NCBI GenBank assembly: GCA_951804945.1
Contig: OX638158.1
Location: 43,586,001 to 43,650,000 of the forward strand
Direction: 5' to 3'
DNA: 64,000 nt
From: Podarcis cretensis
Lineage: Eukaryota
In this document: piece after piece, positions 24,111-38,700 of the stretch
Numbering within the stretch: the first letter of the stretch is position 1
Layout: each line of letters opens with the position of its first letter
The notes under the pieces: model-generated
The model's input: only the letters and a program-made list of their open reading frames with translations
Told to the model about the DNA's origin: nothing
The model's database searches: none
Position numbers and translations under genes: made by a program

Positions 24111-25004
24111 AGGCCATGATTCTGTTCACACTTTAGATTTTGTGATTGGTGTTATAACATAGAAACAGAGTTGAATCAATAGAAGCTCTCCCTCAGTTCT
24201 GTGGTGCATCCTTGCACCATTCAGAAATTCTGCAGCTACAGAAAATAATGGAAAAAATGAGTTGTAAAACATCTGAAGAAAGGATGAGTTGTTGCAAGGT
24301 CAGAGGACCAGCTAGACTTTCTGGATATGGCCTGCAGTTGTGTTTGGCAAAATTGGGCAATTTTTAGTACCAAGCCAGGTTTAAGAATACTCTATAGTTG
24401 GTTTGACTGTTTAAAATAACCTCCCCTGTGCTGATGCCGCCTCTATCCTAACAAACATCAACATGTCTTTTGCACTCACTGCAGGTGCAGGAGGATATAT
24501 TTTTGTGGTGAATCCAGCATGATGCATGCATACATAATTTGCCAGTTGTTGTGGCAATGAACAGGTCTCTGTTTGCATGAATCTGTAGAGGCAGGGCTGT
24601 TTTTACTGGCAGTGTCACCAACTTGAGGTAGGTTGCAAGTGCAAGAGTTTTACAGCCTTTTATTTTGGGAACCTCACCAGAATCTAGCTTCTGGATACTT
24701 TGCTGTTAAAAAATAACATTAAAAATGCAGTGGGGCATATGAAAGGAAAAAGACAAAAGGAAATTTAATAGGGGTGGGGAAAAGAGAATTATCAGCAGTG
24801 ACGATAGCAGGTAAGGTGTATTGGGGTCTTTTAAATCCCATTTTCCACATCGCCGACTGCTCGTGCTTGACTCTGGAAATGAGGCTAGCTCCAGTTTCTG
24901 GTGGTTCATTGCCACTGGCTCACCTTTTATAAATTAAATAGCATTGATTACTGTATTGTGTCCATGATCCAGTGAATTCTTATCTAGGATGTATATAACA
25001 CCAA

Positions 25005-25470
25005 ACATTTATTTATTTGTGGATATATCACCTTTCTTCCCTAATAATGGCTCCAAGACAGGTTACAAAAGTTAAAATGAAATAAAAACCAATTTAAACA
25101 ATATCAGGATTAGAATATCAAAAACCAAAAAGAGCAGAGTTAAACTTTCAGTCTCAAATTAAAAAAAACAAAAGGCAAGTAGAATAAAAAATACATAGCC
25201 CACCCTAATGTCATGGGGGCCAGTGATGGAGACTGTCTATCTTCCCTAGTAAGAGAATTCCATAGCAATGTGCTGCCACAGAAAAGGCCCTGTCCCATAT
25301 TTCTGCTAACTAACCCTTTGTTGGTGGTAGGGTATACAGCAGTGTCTTGGATTATTATTTTATCCAACAGGCAGGTTCATATGGAAGAAGGGAGTGTTTC
25401 AAATATCTTGGCCCTGTTTAGGGTTTCAGTGGTAAATACCAGCACCTTGAATTGGGCTGTAAAAAATGGA
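25005..25470 (-). mobile_element. Old L2-type LINE 3' fragment
   Basis: TTTA tail; the minus-strand translation GLFCGSTLLWNSLTRE resembles the L2 ORF2 C-terminal RAFSVAAPxLWNSLP motif. Confidence 0.6.
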
Positions 25471-27633
25471 GCTTATTTACATACACAAATCTCTTTAGTC
25501 TGGTCAACTAATACTGTTTTGTGAAGAGGCCAGTTTAAAGTGATTAAAACCTTAATCCTGATTTTTGTGAACTTGTGATCTAGATCACTTCTGCTTCATG
25601 GTTCTGTGTAACTAAAAAACTTGCACATTTCCATGCCAACACAAGTTTATTGAATTTAATAAGGAGACTGCTTTGTCTGTTTTGTTTTTTGTAACTACAG
25701 AGACCATACAGCTGTGGAAGAATACTTCAGCATAGACATTTATAATATATGTGGTTGTCTTCAAAATCATTGTACAAGAGACAGGATTTTGAGTGCGTGC
25801 ATGCAAGTGTATAGTTCTGTTTCTGTGATTGCCCAGGTGCTTGAGGGCTGACTGTTGGACAGAGCTATGCGTCCTTCAGTAATATGTGCATTTATCTCCT
25901 TTGCCCCGCGTTTACTGTATTCCTTCTAGTCTCCCTGCTGCCTCATTTCTTTAGTAACAGTTATTGCAGTAAAGATTTTTTCATCCTTTATTGGATGTCT
26001 TTCTTAGGTATATCTTTTCCCACTGGGCTGCCTTTCTCAGAAATCTCAGTGATTTTGCTCCCATATAGCAAAAAACGTTTTTCTTTCCCATCTGAGAGCA
26101 GACAGGATTTCCTTGTGCAAATTCAGTTTGAGTATGATTTAATCTGTGACTCTACCTCCAGTATCCTTTTTCCAAGTTCTACTTTTTCAAGTATGTCGGA
26201 ATCAGTTTATGATTGGAAAGTTTGTCTGCTGACATTTGCTTTTCTATTGCACACTACCTTTAATATATCTGGGAGTCTTGACAGATGCAGGGCTTTTAAA
26301 AATTATTTTTCACTGTAAAATGATTCTAATTTCATTAGAAATTTTGCAAACATTATTTTTGTTTCCTGTGGAGTAATTATACTTTTACATTTTTTCAAGG
26401 GCCCCCAGTCCTAAAAAATCTCATGAAAACTAGTCATTTCACATATGTTTCACATATACTACAAGTGATTTGTTTTCTTTATTTACCTTGCTGGCATTTT
26501 TGTGAATCCCCAAAAGGATGCAACTGGATCTTGGCTCTCTGAAGAACAGAACTCTAAACCAAAAACAAATATTGGTTGGTTTCACTGCTGTGCAAATATC
26601 TGTAGCAGCCAACAGAACAATATACTAGTTTAATTTTAGACTGCAGCTCAGTCGTCTAGAGTGTGCAATTCAAATAAGCATTAAAAAAAACCCTTTCACT
26701 GAATTACATAGATCAGATTACTATCTGATATAAAATGTAACATTTCATTAAAAAATATGTAGTTACCCAGATTTGTTCCTGATTCCCTAAATATGATGGT
26801 TTTCAGATAATATATTTGCATAATAGTTTTCTCTAGTGGACAGAGATAAATTAGTGTGCCACATATAGCACCACTGTTCTATTGTTTACTCTTTTTCATA
26901 TGCAGAGTTACCAGGCAAATTTTCTTCAAACTAGAGTGTATGAATGCCTTTGGAACCATGCATTCCTTGTCTTAGTATTATTTTGTATTCCTCTACTTTC
27001 CTCCCATCCTTTAAAGTGTTGATTTAGTTTCAAATTTCTCAGTGTATGCTTACAATTCTCAAGTGGCTTTTCCTTTGGGGATTCTATCTGTACAAGTGCT
27101 TTGAGGACTGTCTGTAAACTTACTTTATTTATCAGGTCTTCAAGATCTTATTCTGCTTTTGCCGCCTTTGGAAATAATTTGGGAAATGGTTGCCTTGGCT
27201 GACTTGCATAGATTACTTAGAAAAATTTACACTTGTTATGATATGTTATCAAAGATTCTGCAGCACTGTTGCTCAAACTGCAGATTCATATAGCAGTAAG
27301 GAGGTTTGTTGCCAGTTTAAAAACATTAGTTTTAAGTGTGGAAAGCGGAAAAATGGCGTGTGACGGTTTGCAAACTGAGCTGCATGTGCTGCAATATACA
27401 CAGATAATTTTATGTTATGCTAATAGACTCATCCTATTTATTATGTTAACTAACATGGAATATTATTGCAGTGGTTTACAAAAATAGTGAAATGCTTATA
27501 CAAATAAACAAATAAAAATAGAGTAACTCTAAATTAAATCACTTACAAGTAAAAATGAACTAGCCGTCTATAAAACTCATTAAAATTTAGCAGCTGACAG
27601 CCCTCTTGATTTTTTATTTTGCTTTATCAACTT

Positions 27634-28385
27634 TGTGAGAGGTAAGAGAAGTAAGGCAAGTGGATCTCACGATTGGGTAAGCTACCACAAAGAAGGCCCA
27701 AGTCCATATGGTGTTGTGAGTCACCTGGAGAATTCCTGGAGAGGGTGGTATCATTCAAAGGAGGAATGGGAGGAGCTCAGAGACCTGGAGGAATCCAATC
27801 TAGACCAGGGCTCTAGTGGGTTGGGGATTGATGATTCAGGAACCCAAGAAGTGGGCGGTCCATGGGAAGTTGAAGGATGAAGAGGTTCAGATCCACAGGA
27901 GGGCTCAAGTGAATTGCCTGTGAGCCTCCTGAAGACTTCAGTATTTGCAAGTGAGCTGGCTTGAGATTCTTTTCCTGTTAGGGAGTAGCTGTCTGCTTTG
28001 AGAGAGGCACCAGGGTAGAAAATGGATAGTGAGCCAGCTTTGATGCCTTCATCTTCAAGGGCACCAGCACCAGCTCATGCCAGTGCTGCATGCCCAGTCT
28101 GCTCAGAGGCATGCCCATTTGCTTGGCCAGTCTTCAGACTTGGGCTGCTTGCTGCACAAATAGTCATGCCCATGCATTCATAAGCAGAGTCTAGGATATG
28201 TGTCACTTGTTGGATAAACGTCTTAGCAATACCTAGTCATGCACCTTAGAGGTCTTCTGTGCTTAATGCTTTGTAACCTGTAGGCTCAAGTTTGTGCGCT
28301 GTACTGAATTGCTAAATAAAACCTTTAAACAACCTGCTTGTGGTGACAGTGTGAGTTCCTAGTCCAATGATGAGGATCAGGATAT
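27634..28385 (+). mobile_element. Possible degenerate solo LTR
   Basis: Starts with TGTGAG, has a purine-rich body similar in style to 51292-52116, and has AATAAA near 28316. The right terminus and TSD are not resolvable. Confidence 0.35.
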
Positions 28386-29512
28386 ATAGCTGCACTCCAG
28401 AAAAAGTGCTCCAAAGCAAGTAGCTTTTAGACAATCTTAAAAGTATGTCTTGGAGGTTCTCCTTCTAGTGAAGTCATTGTTATGTGGTTCTGTTCCTCTG
28501 TTTAAAATTGTATAAAGCTAGTTGTTGACTAAGGATTTGTAAAGTTGAAGGCAGTGGTGACTACCTTTGGCTTCCTCCTATCCTGTTTCTGCTGATGGTG
28601 TCTTGTTCTGCATATGTTAGCTGCTCTTGTTTCATTTCCATTCTCTCGTTTTCATCTTGACTCTGCTTTTATTTTACTGTCTTTGCCCACTTGTTAGAGA
28701 AGTGAAAGAAAGTGGTTACTGGCCATTTAAAGGATCTTGGTGTGTATTATTGGAGGCAGAGTAGAATAAATCTATAATTTGTAGCATTTGTGGTAATAGT
28801 GATCTTCTAATCCTACACATTAATTCCCCCTTCTTTTCCCCAGCTGCCCTTTATCTGAAGGCTTTTGCAGCAGAGGTGCTGTGTGGGGCATTCTCTCCCT
28901 GGATATGCTAATCTGATGTCAAATTTAATGACCTTTTGGTACTAAAGATCTTTTATTTATCTTGATCTTTAAAAATCTTTAATTCTTACAATTCTGCTAT
29001 CTGCTGATGGTTTTATTTATCTATTATTAAAATCCTCAATGGCTAAGAGAAAGGCTGTGTCAAGACCTCACTAACATAGTGCAATATTTTGTCAGTGGTA
29101 TTCAGTTTCTGCTAGGAAAGACTTTGTGAGTTGCTCACTAGTTTGCCCACAGCTATGTATTTTCAGGAACAAGCAGGATCAAAGGTTATACAGATTATTG
29201 AATTTGTCTAAAATGTTCGCAGGTTGCTCAAGAAACTGCCTAGAGGTATGGTTGGTTCTTCTTTGCAGAAAGTCTCCAGTTCATTGCAAGAGACTTCCAT
29301 GTTCTTTTTTGTTGTTAGTGAAACTTTTCAGCATAATAGATAATAATAATAATAAACCTTTAATGTCACTACACCACCTGTGTGCAGTGAAATTAAACAA
29401 TACAATAAAAAAATGGAGACTCATTTAGGCAGTTCTTGTGCTGTCTTGTTGCCATTATATCTCTTGTAGCCTGCTCATCATGTCCACAGCTTGGACTTTA
29501 CTCCATAGTAAG

Positions 29513-30073
29513 TTAAAGGTAAATGACCCCTGGGCAGTTAAGTCCACCCAAAGGCGACTATGGGATGCAGCACTAATCTCCGCTATCAGGCCAAGGGAGC
29601 CAGCGTTTGTCCACAGACAGCTTTCCGGGTCATGTGGCCAGCATGACTAAACTGCTTCTGGTGCAACGGAACACCGCAACGGAAGCTAGAGTATGCGGAA
29701 ATGCCATTTACTTAATTTTTATACCGCTTTATATTTTTAATAAAAATCTCAAAGCGGTTTACAGCATACTAAATCAATAAATCAATAGCTGGGTGATGTT
29801 CCTCTGGCCTCATGAGGAGCATCTTTTGTGGGGCTGGTAGGTATGGGCCCTGCCCCCTAGGCCAGGTGGAAAGGGCCTTGCAGGGAGCGGCCTTCCTGCC
29901 GCAGTGGTACCTGTTTATCTACTTGCACTGGTGTGCTTTCAAACTGCTAGGTTGGCAGAAGCTGGGACATAGCAACGGGAGCTCACCCCCTCGCATGGAT
30001 TCGAACTGCCGACTTTCCGATCAGCAAGCCCAAGAGGCTCAGTGGTTTAAATCACAGCACCACCCACATCCCT
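29513..30073 (-). mobile_element. Full-length Sauria SINE interrupted by a nested insertion of about 180 bp (about 29712-29890)
   Basis: AAAGGTAAA tail at the left, core ttccgggtcatgtggccagcatgac and tatctacttgcac..gctaggttggcag, and tRNA-like head ggattcgaac..gtggtttaaatcacagc at the right. Confidence 0.85.
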
Positions 30074-33000
30074 TACTCCTTCATAATATCTCTGTATGGT
30101 GAAGAGTAAATAGCAGTGTGATTTGTCCTGAACTCTGAAATATGAGAGGAACTCATTTTTGTTTAACCCAAGCAAAATGGCTGCTTAATGGGGTAAAACC
30201 TATTTATCTGGTTCACAAACATTATATACTGCTTGATTGTATTTTTTTTTTTTTAAAAAAACGACCCCTCAAAGTGTATGATTATGAGCTATGTGATTCA
30301 AAGCAGTGTGCTTTGCAGCTGAGCAATCCTGAGACATTAAGTTTGGCATTGTCTCTTTTTTGTTCAAACATTTATCTGCTAAATGATTTGGCCTGAAAAT
30401 AGAAGTTGCATATTGCTACAAGCCTCCTGGTGTCTCAGCTTATTGTGGGAGCTGCCGCATGCCATGCTGGAGTTGTTATGAAGAGTCAGTTTACTGTTTG
30501 GCAAAGGGGATGTAAATGTCCTCCTGAAATTTCCCTTTGCCACTTGGTTGCTAAGTGATCATCTTTATGGGCATAGGAATTCTTCTCCCCACCTTCATGA
30601 CAGGGTAGTGGAGCTCCTAGAAATGGGATATCGTGAATGTGTGACATATATACAAAGTACTTCCTTGCACATAGCATATGGGATGCCTTTTTGGAATGAC
30701 TGCTTAACATTGTTGTCACAAAGGATCTCTGTGATTTGGTACTCTGATTCATTGCCCAATTAACACATGACAGCCTCTCATTCTTACCTTTCTATTTGTC
30801 TTGATAAACTGGAAAGCTTGATTTTCAGTAATTCCAAAGAAGCCCAAGGCTGTAACAGGGCTACCTTCATTAGTAGCCTTTCCAGTAGTTTATCCAAAGG
30901 GGTGATATTGTTTATTGGTAATATTATCTTCCTTAAAGCTAGTTCCTGTTTATAGTCTTATCTTCTGCTTTTTATCAGTAATATTTTTTCATTAATTACA
31001 GTAATAAATTGAATTGCTCATTTATGAAGCATTGCTGACTTTCATCTGTGATAGTGTGAAAGCTTTAACATCTAATATTTCAGCAGTTATTTGTGTTGAA
31101 AATGCAGTGGAAGCTATGCTGCATACTATAGCCACAATGTAGGCGTTTTGTCAGAAATAACTACTTTCTGACTTTCCCACATTTACTCACATTGTTACTG
31201 CTTCCATTATAACAGTTTGAATGGATTTGTGGGGTATGACTCCAAAGACACCATGTTTAATCATGTATTTAACTTGTTTGCGGCACTCAGATCAAGCTTG
31301 GCTCCTTGGGTCATTTTGAAGCCCATGAGGGACTGACTTTAAATAAACTATAGTAGTGAGAAAAACAAGCAGCCATGTCTTCTTTACTGAAATTATTTGA
31401 CCACTAGGGCTGCTTATTTCTGAATTATCTATATCAGGTTGGCCCAACTTTTCATACCAAGTGGACTGCAAGAGTACTTTGACACAGAATTTGTGATTTT
31501 TAAGGAAAGGGAAGTAACATTATTGCCAGGTAGCAGGGAAGGTTATATTATGATAACTTTCCTTCGTGTGAGACTGTTGGATATCATTTTTAGAGTTCTG
31601 TTTTCCGTATGTGTTGTTTAAAAGCTCAGTAAAAAACATTTTAAAAATGGAAGATTGTGAATAGAGAAGCAACTTTTGCTTGAAAACTACTCTGAGTAAA
31701 TGAGCTTATACGTCTCATCTGAGTGAATGAGAAACATTGTAATTCTGCAGACTTCCATAGTACTAAATGGATAAGATGATCATGCAAGTTTCATAAATGT
31801 GGTAAGCCATGGGATTCACAGTAAATACATATTGCTACATATTGCAACCTCTGGTTGACAAAAGGTGTTTTTACTATGGTGTTAGGAATTTGCCTAATGG
31901 TTAGGTATGGGCCGAATAGGGAAAGAATTCAAATATCTGTTCCTCTGCTTCTGAAGATACAATATGACAATTTGCATTTTCATGTTTTGGACTGAATGAT
32001 TATGCAGGTTAATTATAAACAGTATATAGAAATAGGTGGCAGTTGCATGTTGAAAGCGTTGGAGGTGTTACTTCATTTTCTTCTCACTTAAGCCTTAATT
32101 GCTGAATGAGGAAAATACTTGTAAATGCCCATCTGTTGGATGAGTGAGTGTAGTATTCCCCCCCCCCCCCATTTATAAATTTGAATTTTACATTTCTATC
32201 TAAGTGAAGTTAAGCATAAATATATTTGGCTAAGAGAACATGTATCATTGTTTAGAATTGTCTTTATTTTTAGAATGTACAGCCAAAATTTTTGCCTGCA
32301 GAATCTTCTCTCTGTAATTGATTGGAGAAGAAATATGTGTTACATGACCAAGCAGTGACTATTTTGAAGTCCTTTGCTGGGGATGGTGGAGACTTCATTT
32401 GACACACATTTTAAGCAAATTGACTTAAATCACAGCCCCTGGAATAATACACTGATTGGAATATAAGTATCTTCAGGTTTTGCACTTATTTAAATTTTGT
32501 GATACAGTTCTCAGCTTTATAAAGTGTAAACATATTTTATAAATGCATGTTTTAGGATAAAATATGTTTAGAATGCATACATTGAGATTAAATACATTTT
32601 AAAATACATATTTTGGTATAGCTTTTGTGGTTTAAATGTGAGGCTGGAATAAACCAATGAATCCCTACCCTTTGCTGTCCCCAAATGTGTAAGTCTTGTG
32701 TCCTAAGCAAATGACTAAACTTAAAACTTTGAAATAACATGAAATTTGGCCATTCTATTTTAGTATGTATATTTTAATTCAAATTTCATTTTGGTGGCCA
32801 TGTAGATTTGGTATATTCCAGAAGACAATATCAAATTCACATCCCCCCCCCTTTCTTCTTTTACATAGATAACCTATGGGGGTAGATCCTGCGATTGAAC
32901 TGTGGTGATTACAGCAAAATGCATGGATGCATGAACTTGTAGCCTTACACATTGCTGGGTGGGGTGGGGGAGTTGCTAACATTACCATGGCTTCCACTGC

Positions 33001-34850
33001 TGTTTGGAACAAAATAATCAGGGCTATGCCTGTTCTGTGCAATACGTATGAGGCTTTACCTCTAAAAGTTAAATTCAGCTGAAGTTTTCTTTAGGCCCAG
33101 TGCAGACATTAGTATCTTCATCTGATAATGATAGTGTTCACATGTTTTTCCTAACGCTTCCCTCTCCCTTTGTGTGTCCACCTTTGATGGAATTTTCCTG
33201 GTTTCTTTAATCCACAGTTTTCTAGGAAGTTTGAACAACAACAAAAACTCATTTCAGACCAGGATCTGATTCTACTTTCAGGTCTTGATTTGGGGGAAGC
33301 CTTAAAACTACTGTTTCATGGTTCAGATAACACAAGAAACTGTGGCTTCACAAACCAGGTATCTTAATCAATGTTGAGTGTATGATGGAAGGTGGGAAGG
33401 AATAACTAGAAAGGTACAAGGCTTGTTCCTGAATTGATAAACAGTGGTTCATTGGAGTGGGATCTTTATACTTCAACTGGACCTCAATCTGCAATGCTAT
33501 GTGCACTGGCACCTCAGAAGTAAATTACTTCAGAGTAAATATGCACATGATTGGGTTGTTAGTTGCGTAGATTTTTATTGATTTGTTTTTGTCCTGGCAT
33601 TGCTCAAATACATTGATGCAAACAAGCTTTTGATATCTCTCTCTATCTAGAAGTTTGTGTGTTATTAGAGAGAATGAAAGAAACATTTCCTGCTGGGATG
33701 TGTTTCTTTCACCATCTTGCTGCTTTGATCTTAAGGATTTAAAGACTCTTCTTTCTGTTATGGCATTTCTGTTGTTGCTAACATCAATAACAAAATTATT
33801 TTGGCTTCTTTTATAGGGGAAGGGTGGATTTATAAACTTTTTCCAGCACTAGTCACTGTCAGTAGTTCTTGTACAACGGCAAAAAAATTCTGTGTGTTGT
33901 GCTTTCAGTACTATTGGATAGTACTGTTTATATTCAATACAGAAAATTTAGTGGAAACCACAATTTCTGCGAGCAGTTCACATCATGGCTGCAGATACTG
34001 TAGACCAGTTGTTGAGGATGGTATACACAGGATTGTGGGAATTTAATTGGCATTGATAATGATGATGAAATGGTACTTCAAAACTTCTTAAACAGAAGTG
34101 ATTTATATGCAAATTGGTTACAGTAGGTATGGGAAACCTTTTTCAGCCTGAGGGCCACATCCCCTTATAGCTAACCTTATGGGGGCCACATGCCTGTTTT
34201 AGATGCACCCAATGCAAAAAGTCGATGGGGTCATTCCCTCTCTTGTACACACACACACACACATTCATACAACCCCACACATAGCACCCACTCACCCCTC
34301 CTCTCTTTCACTTACCACACCACATGGAACTTTAGCTTTTTTAAAAAAAACATAATTGCTGGAGGACTGTGTTATTTTCATGGAGATTGCATCAGATGAA
34401 AAAGTGTTGACCTTTCCTTCCTCAGTTGTAACCCCCAACTTCCCAGTGCACCAATTATGCTTAAAACAGCTTTCTATGTTTTCCCCTGTTTTGCTTGTAT
34501 AACGTCTTGAGGGGAAGTCCTTTCATGATTTCCCAAAAGCTAATAACATCAACTACAATAGTGGTTTTCAACTTTTTTCTCTGGGCCGCACTTTCAGAAA
34601 AAAAAATTGCTCTTGCAACACCAACTTTTTTATGGATAAGAAATACATTGGAAAGCAAAAAGAAAGAGCTCCTAATAGTGCTTGATTTATAACACGGGAC
34701 ACAATTACTTTGTAATATGATCCTGGGACACCCAGAAAGTATAAAACATGAATCATTCCCAAAATATAATTGTAAATGAGCCTCTTACATATGTACCTTA
34801 AGTATTTATACAAACTCAATGAGAGATGTGAGCTTGTAGTATCACTTGGT

Positions 34851-35045
34851 TAGGGTTGCCATATTTCAAAAGTTTAAATCCAGACACAAAAGTTGCTGAG
34901 GTTTTTTTCAGTTATTTTTTAGGAAATTCACCCCCCAAAAAGGGCTGCCATATGCCCAGATTTTCCTGGACATTTTAATCGCTTTCTGAGAAATCTGCCC
35001 GGACGCTATTTTCGGAGGATGAATCCCAAATGTATGGCAGCCCTA
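34851..35045. mobile_element. hAT-family MITE
   Basis: TIRs TAGGGTTGCCATA / TATGGCAGCCCTA with an imperfect 8-bp TSD CACTTGGT / CACTTGAC. Confidence 0.8.
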
Positions 35046-35665
35046 CACTTGACGTTCTTGCTCTCATTTTGAAAAGATATCTATGCATATTCTGCAAATT
35101 AAAAAACAACAACTATTTTGATACTATATGCTATATTACACTGAAATGTTTAAATATTTCTTTGACTGTCCTTGAAATTTCCTGCCACACTTGCCATCCC
35201 CTCCTGCCACACCAGTGTGGCTTGCCACACTCTTTGACAACCACTGAACTGCAAAGAACTATGAAATCGATTCTAGCTTGTTCATTGTATCATCAGCTTA
35301 TTTTCATCAATTTACTGATTTAAATTGAGAGTCAAGTAATCCTCACATAGCCTATTACTGAATAGCGATCTGTATCCAGTTAACTATCGTGTAAATACTT
35401 TGGAGAACAAAATTTGCTCACCTATCTACCTTTTCTTTATTTTCTAACAAAGTCAGCAGTATATCATCTACAAATACTGCTTTCTTGTTTATTTTTAGAA
35501 ATAAATAGTATTGGTGGTGAACAATGTGTCCTGCTGTGTTACTCATCAAACGTAATTCGTTCAGTTGCAATATGTTACCTATATTCACAGTTAATTTTAG
35601 GTGTGTTTTTTCTTGATAGATACAGAATGGAAGGACTTTAAGTGAAAGACAAGTTCTGCTTCATT

Positions 35666-35707
35666 ATGGAGACAACTAGCTTTGAAGGGGAGCCGGATAG
35701 AACTTCG
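35666..35707 (+). CDS. OSBPL8: OSBPL8 (ORP8) exon 2 coding part, ORP8L start; the exon begins at 35620 or 35626
   Basis: METTSFEGEPDRTS versus recalled human MEGGLADGEPDRTS. Acceptor tttttcttgatag, phase-0 donor TCG|GTAAGT. Confidence 0.9.
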
Positions 35708-38700
35708 GTAAGTAATTTTGTACATAGTGACTGGCAATGGTTAAATCCTAAACAAAGGGCATTTCCTCAGACAGCCATCTAGCTTCACAACCAACTAATA
35801 CTGCAATCCTAAACATGTCTACTCAGAAGTAATTCCATTGAGTTCAGGAGGACTTAATCTCAGGTAAATGGGAATAGGGGCGCCCCTTCCCATTTACAAT
35901 AAACATCAACAATTTTCCCCACAGGGAAGGTGTGTAAAAGAGAGTTATTTGAGGTTTGAGCACATATCGTCAGAAGAATTCCCTACCCCCCAAAAAGAAA
36001 AAAAGAGGGAAATGCTTTGGTGGGTTTGTTCTTTTGGAAGCACCTAATTTAAACCACAAAAGCAGATGAATTTTAGTAGAAAGTGTAGAGTAGAACCTTG
36101 CAGTGTTTCATAACTTGCGTGTCTACAATGTAAAAACTTCCCAACAAATTGAATATCAAATATACTTTTTATAAACTCTTGTTTGCTTGCTTTTTCCCTT
36201 TTCACACTTCTGATTTAATTTAAACCAGCCGCCACCAACCTGGTGCCCTCCAGATCTCTTGGACTAAAACTCTCATCAGCATGGCTGGGCTGGCAAGAGC
36301 TGTAGTCCCAAACTTCTGGTGGGCCCCAGGTTGGTGACAGCTGGTTTAAACTGGTCCAGTAGAAAACTCATGTTGAACCTGGTAGGAAATAAGAAATAAC
36401 AGGGTTACACAAGAAGCAGAATATATAGCAACTGCAACAGGAAATGGTAGTGGTAGATAAAGAATTGTGAAAGCAACCACCTTCCATCATGTGGTAGTTT
36501 GCAAAGATTTGGAATATTGTTAGAACAGAAAAAGCATAGAAGCATAGAAGATCTCAGTGTTAAACAAAACGCCATTCTGAAAATTGGGCTGCTTTTCCTG
36601 AACTATGTGGAAGGTAAGAGTGTGAGATAACACAACCAAATTGGAATATACTTCTTAATTTAAAGCTTCAATTTAATGATATTGTGGCCAGGACAAAAAA
36701 AATCAAAGGCAAATAGATGCCATTGACTAGTGAAATTATTCATTTCTGAGGAAATGTCTCTAATGGATGTGCCTGTATTCTAGGCTCACCAGAATCAGCT
36801 TGAGATTTAGAAAAATGTTTAAATGAACAAGTGAAAGAAATAACTATATCTCTAATTAGGTAAGCAACATGATAGAAAATGTTGAATCCCAGTTTTTGAA
36901 AAAGTCATTTTCTTCTATATAAATTGTTATATTCAACAAGTAAACTGCTACATAGTAAGAGTTTGAAAAACTAAATTCTTGCTTATTTTCTACATAATAT
37001 GAGCTGTGATTTTTATATGTCAAATTGTAGTTTAGCTCTCTTAATTAGTTTGCGGCAGTACAGTATATATAGGGATTTTTTTCACGAGTACAATATAGCA
37101 GTAGCAGATCTCAGTAGACGTGTGTTAGCCTGTTGCTTAGGAGCTCCTTGAAAGTAATTAGCTATGCAGTGCTGAAATATTTACATACTGGCCATTACAA
37201 TAATCTTGGACGATCAGCTTTTATCTGCTTCACTCAGCTTTCCCATTTCAGTGCTTCTCTTGTTGGCATTTGCTCAGTTGTACAGGCTTGTGGAGGTCTT
37301 AGTGGCTAGACTATCCTCTGCTCTATTTTATCATGTAAGTACTGATAATATAGTTGCTCCATTGTAAGACTCATCTGAGCCATTTATGCTTAAGATGCTA
37401 TTTCTGCCTTTTCCTCCTCTTTTCTTCAAAGCATTGCATGAGAGATGACATGTAGTTTTCACAATGAGCTTGGAAGACATTCATTTAGCTAGTTGATTTG
37501 CAACACTTGATCTATTGTTTCATGACAGTTTGACTTACCATTATTATTATTTAAATCTATAACTAAAATAAAAGTCCGTTAAAATGTGTAGCATTGCTCT
37601 CAGATGTGTTATGCTAACTTCAAACAGTCCCAAAGTGCCTCCATAACATTATCAGTGCAAACATATTCCATAATCTTGAACATTATTTAATTATGTTACT
37701 GCCAAAAAGTTCTCTTGTAGCGAGTTGTTTTTCAAACTTTTCACATACTGAACTTGCTTATAACCTTTTATCTGCAATACGGGACACAGTCCTGATTCTT
37801 ATTTTTATTTTTGACTGTGTGCAGATCTTCCTACTTTTCTTAGCAAAAGTGTTGCTAGTTTAACCCACTTCAGAGTGTGTCATGATCCACTCTCCATGTT
37901 TTTGAAACATTGGGAGCTGCCTTATACAGCCTGACTAAGAACCATATAGCTCAGAAGTAACCAGTGTGGTGTCCTTTAGATGTTGAACTACAACTCCCCA
38001 CTCCCCCAAGCCCTCACCAAAAACTGGAAGGCTACCCCTGATCTAGCCCACTATTGTCTGCACTGACTGCCAATAGCTTTCTAGGATTCCAGACAGAGAT
38101 GTTTCTCATCCCTCTCTGGAGGTTTTAGGGATTGATCCTGAGACCACATAGTCTACCACTGAGCTATGCTAGCCCCCCCCCCCCAACTTGATTTAATATG
38201 GTACATTTTCTTTTCCTTTAGTAGAGATAACAGACAGGAATCTTTAAACAGAGAAGGAAGTATTTTAATAGATTTGAGGTAAGGTTTTTAGTTAACACCA
38301 TAGTTTAAGCATAATGAATTTCAGATGCATACTGAATATTATTATTATTATAGTAATGAACATGTAAATATTTAGCCATGCAACTATTTAGACAGTTGCT
38401 TATTAAGGTAGGTACGAATCAAGTTTAGACTACATAGCAGATCTTTCACTTTTAACAAAAGAACACCTCCAAAAGGATAGTATTTTTAAAATCATACATT
38501 TCTGATTTTATCATGATTTTTTTTTTTTTTCTCCACTAAAGTGCTGAATGACAAAGAACTGTTAGACACATGTGTTTCTGGCTTTCCCATATCTGTAAGG
38601 GCCAAAAGAGACGTGTGTGATGGTCTGTGTTTCTTTTTATATTAAAAGTAACCATGGAAGAAAGACTACACTACCCTCCCTTCAGAATGTATTGTTCAAA

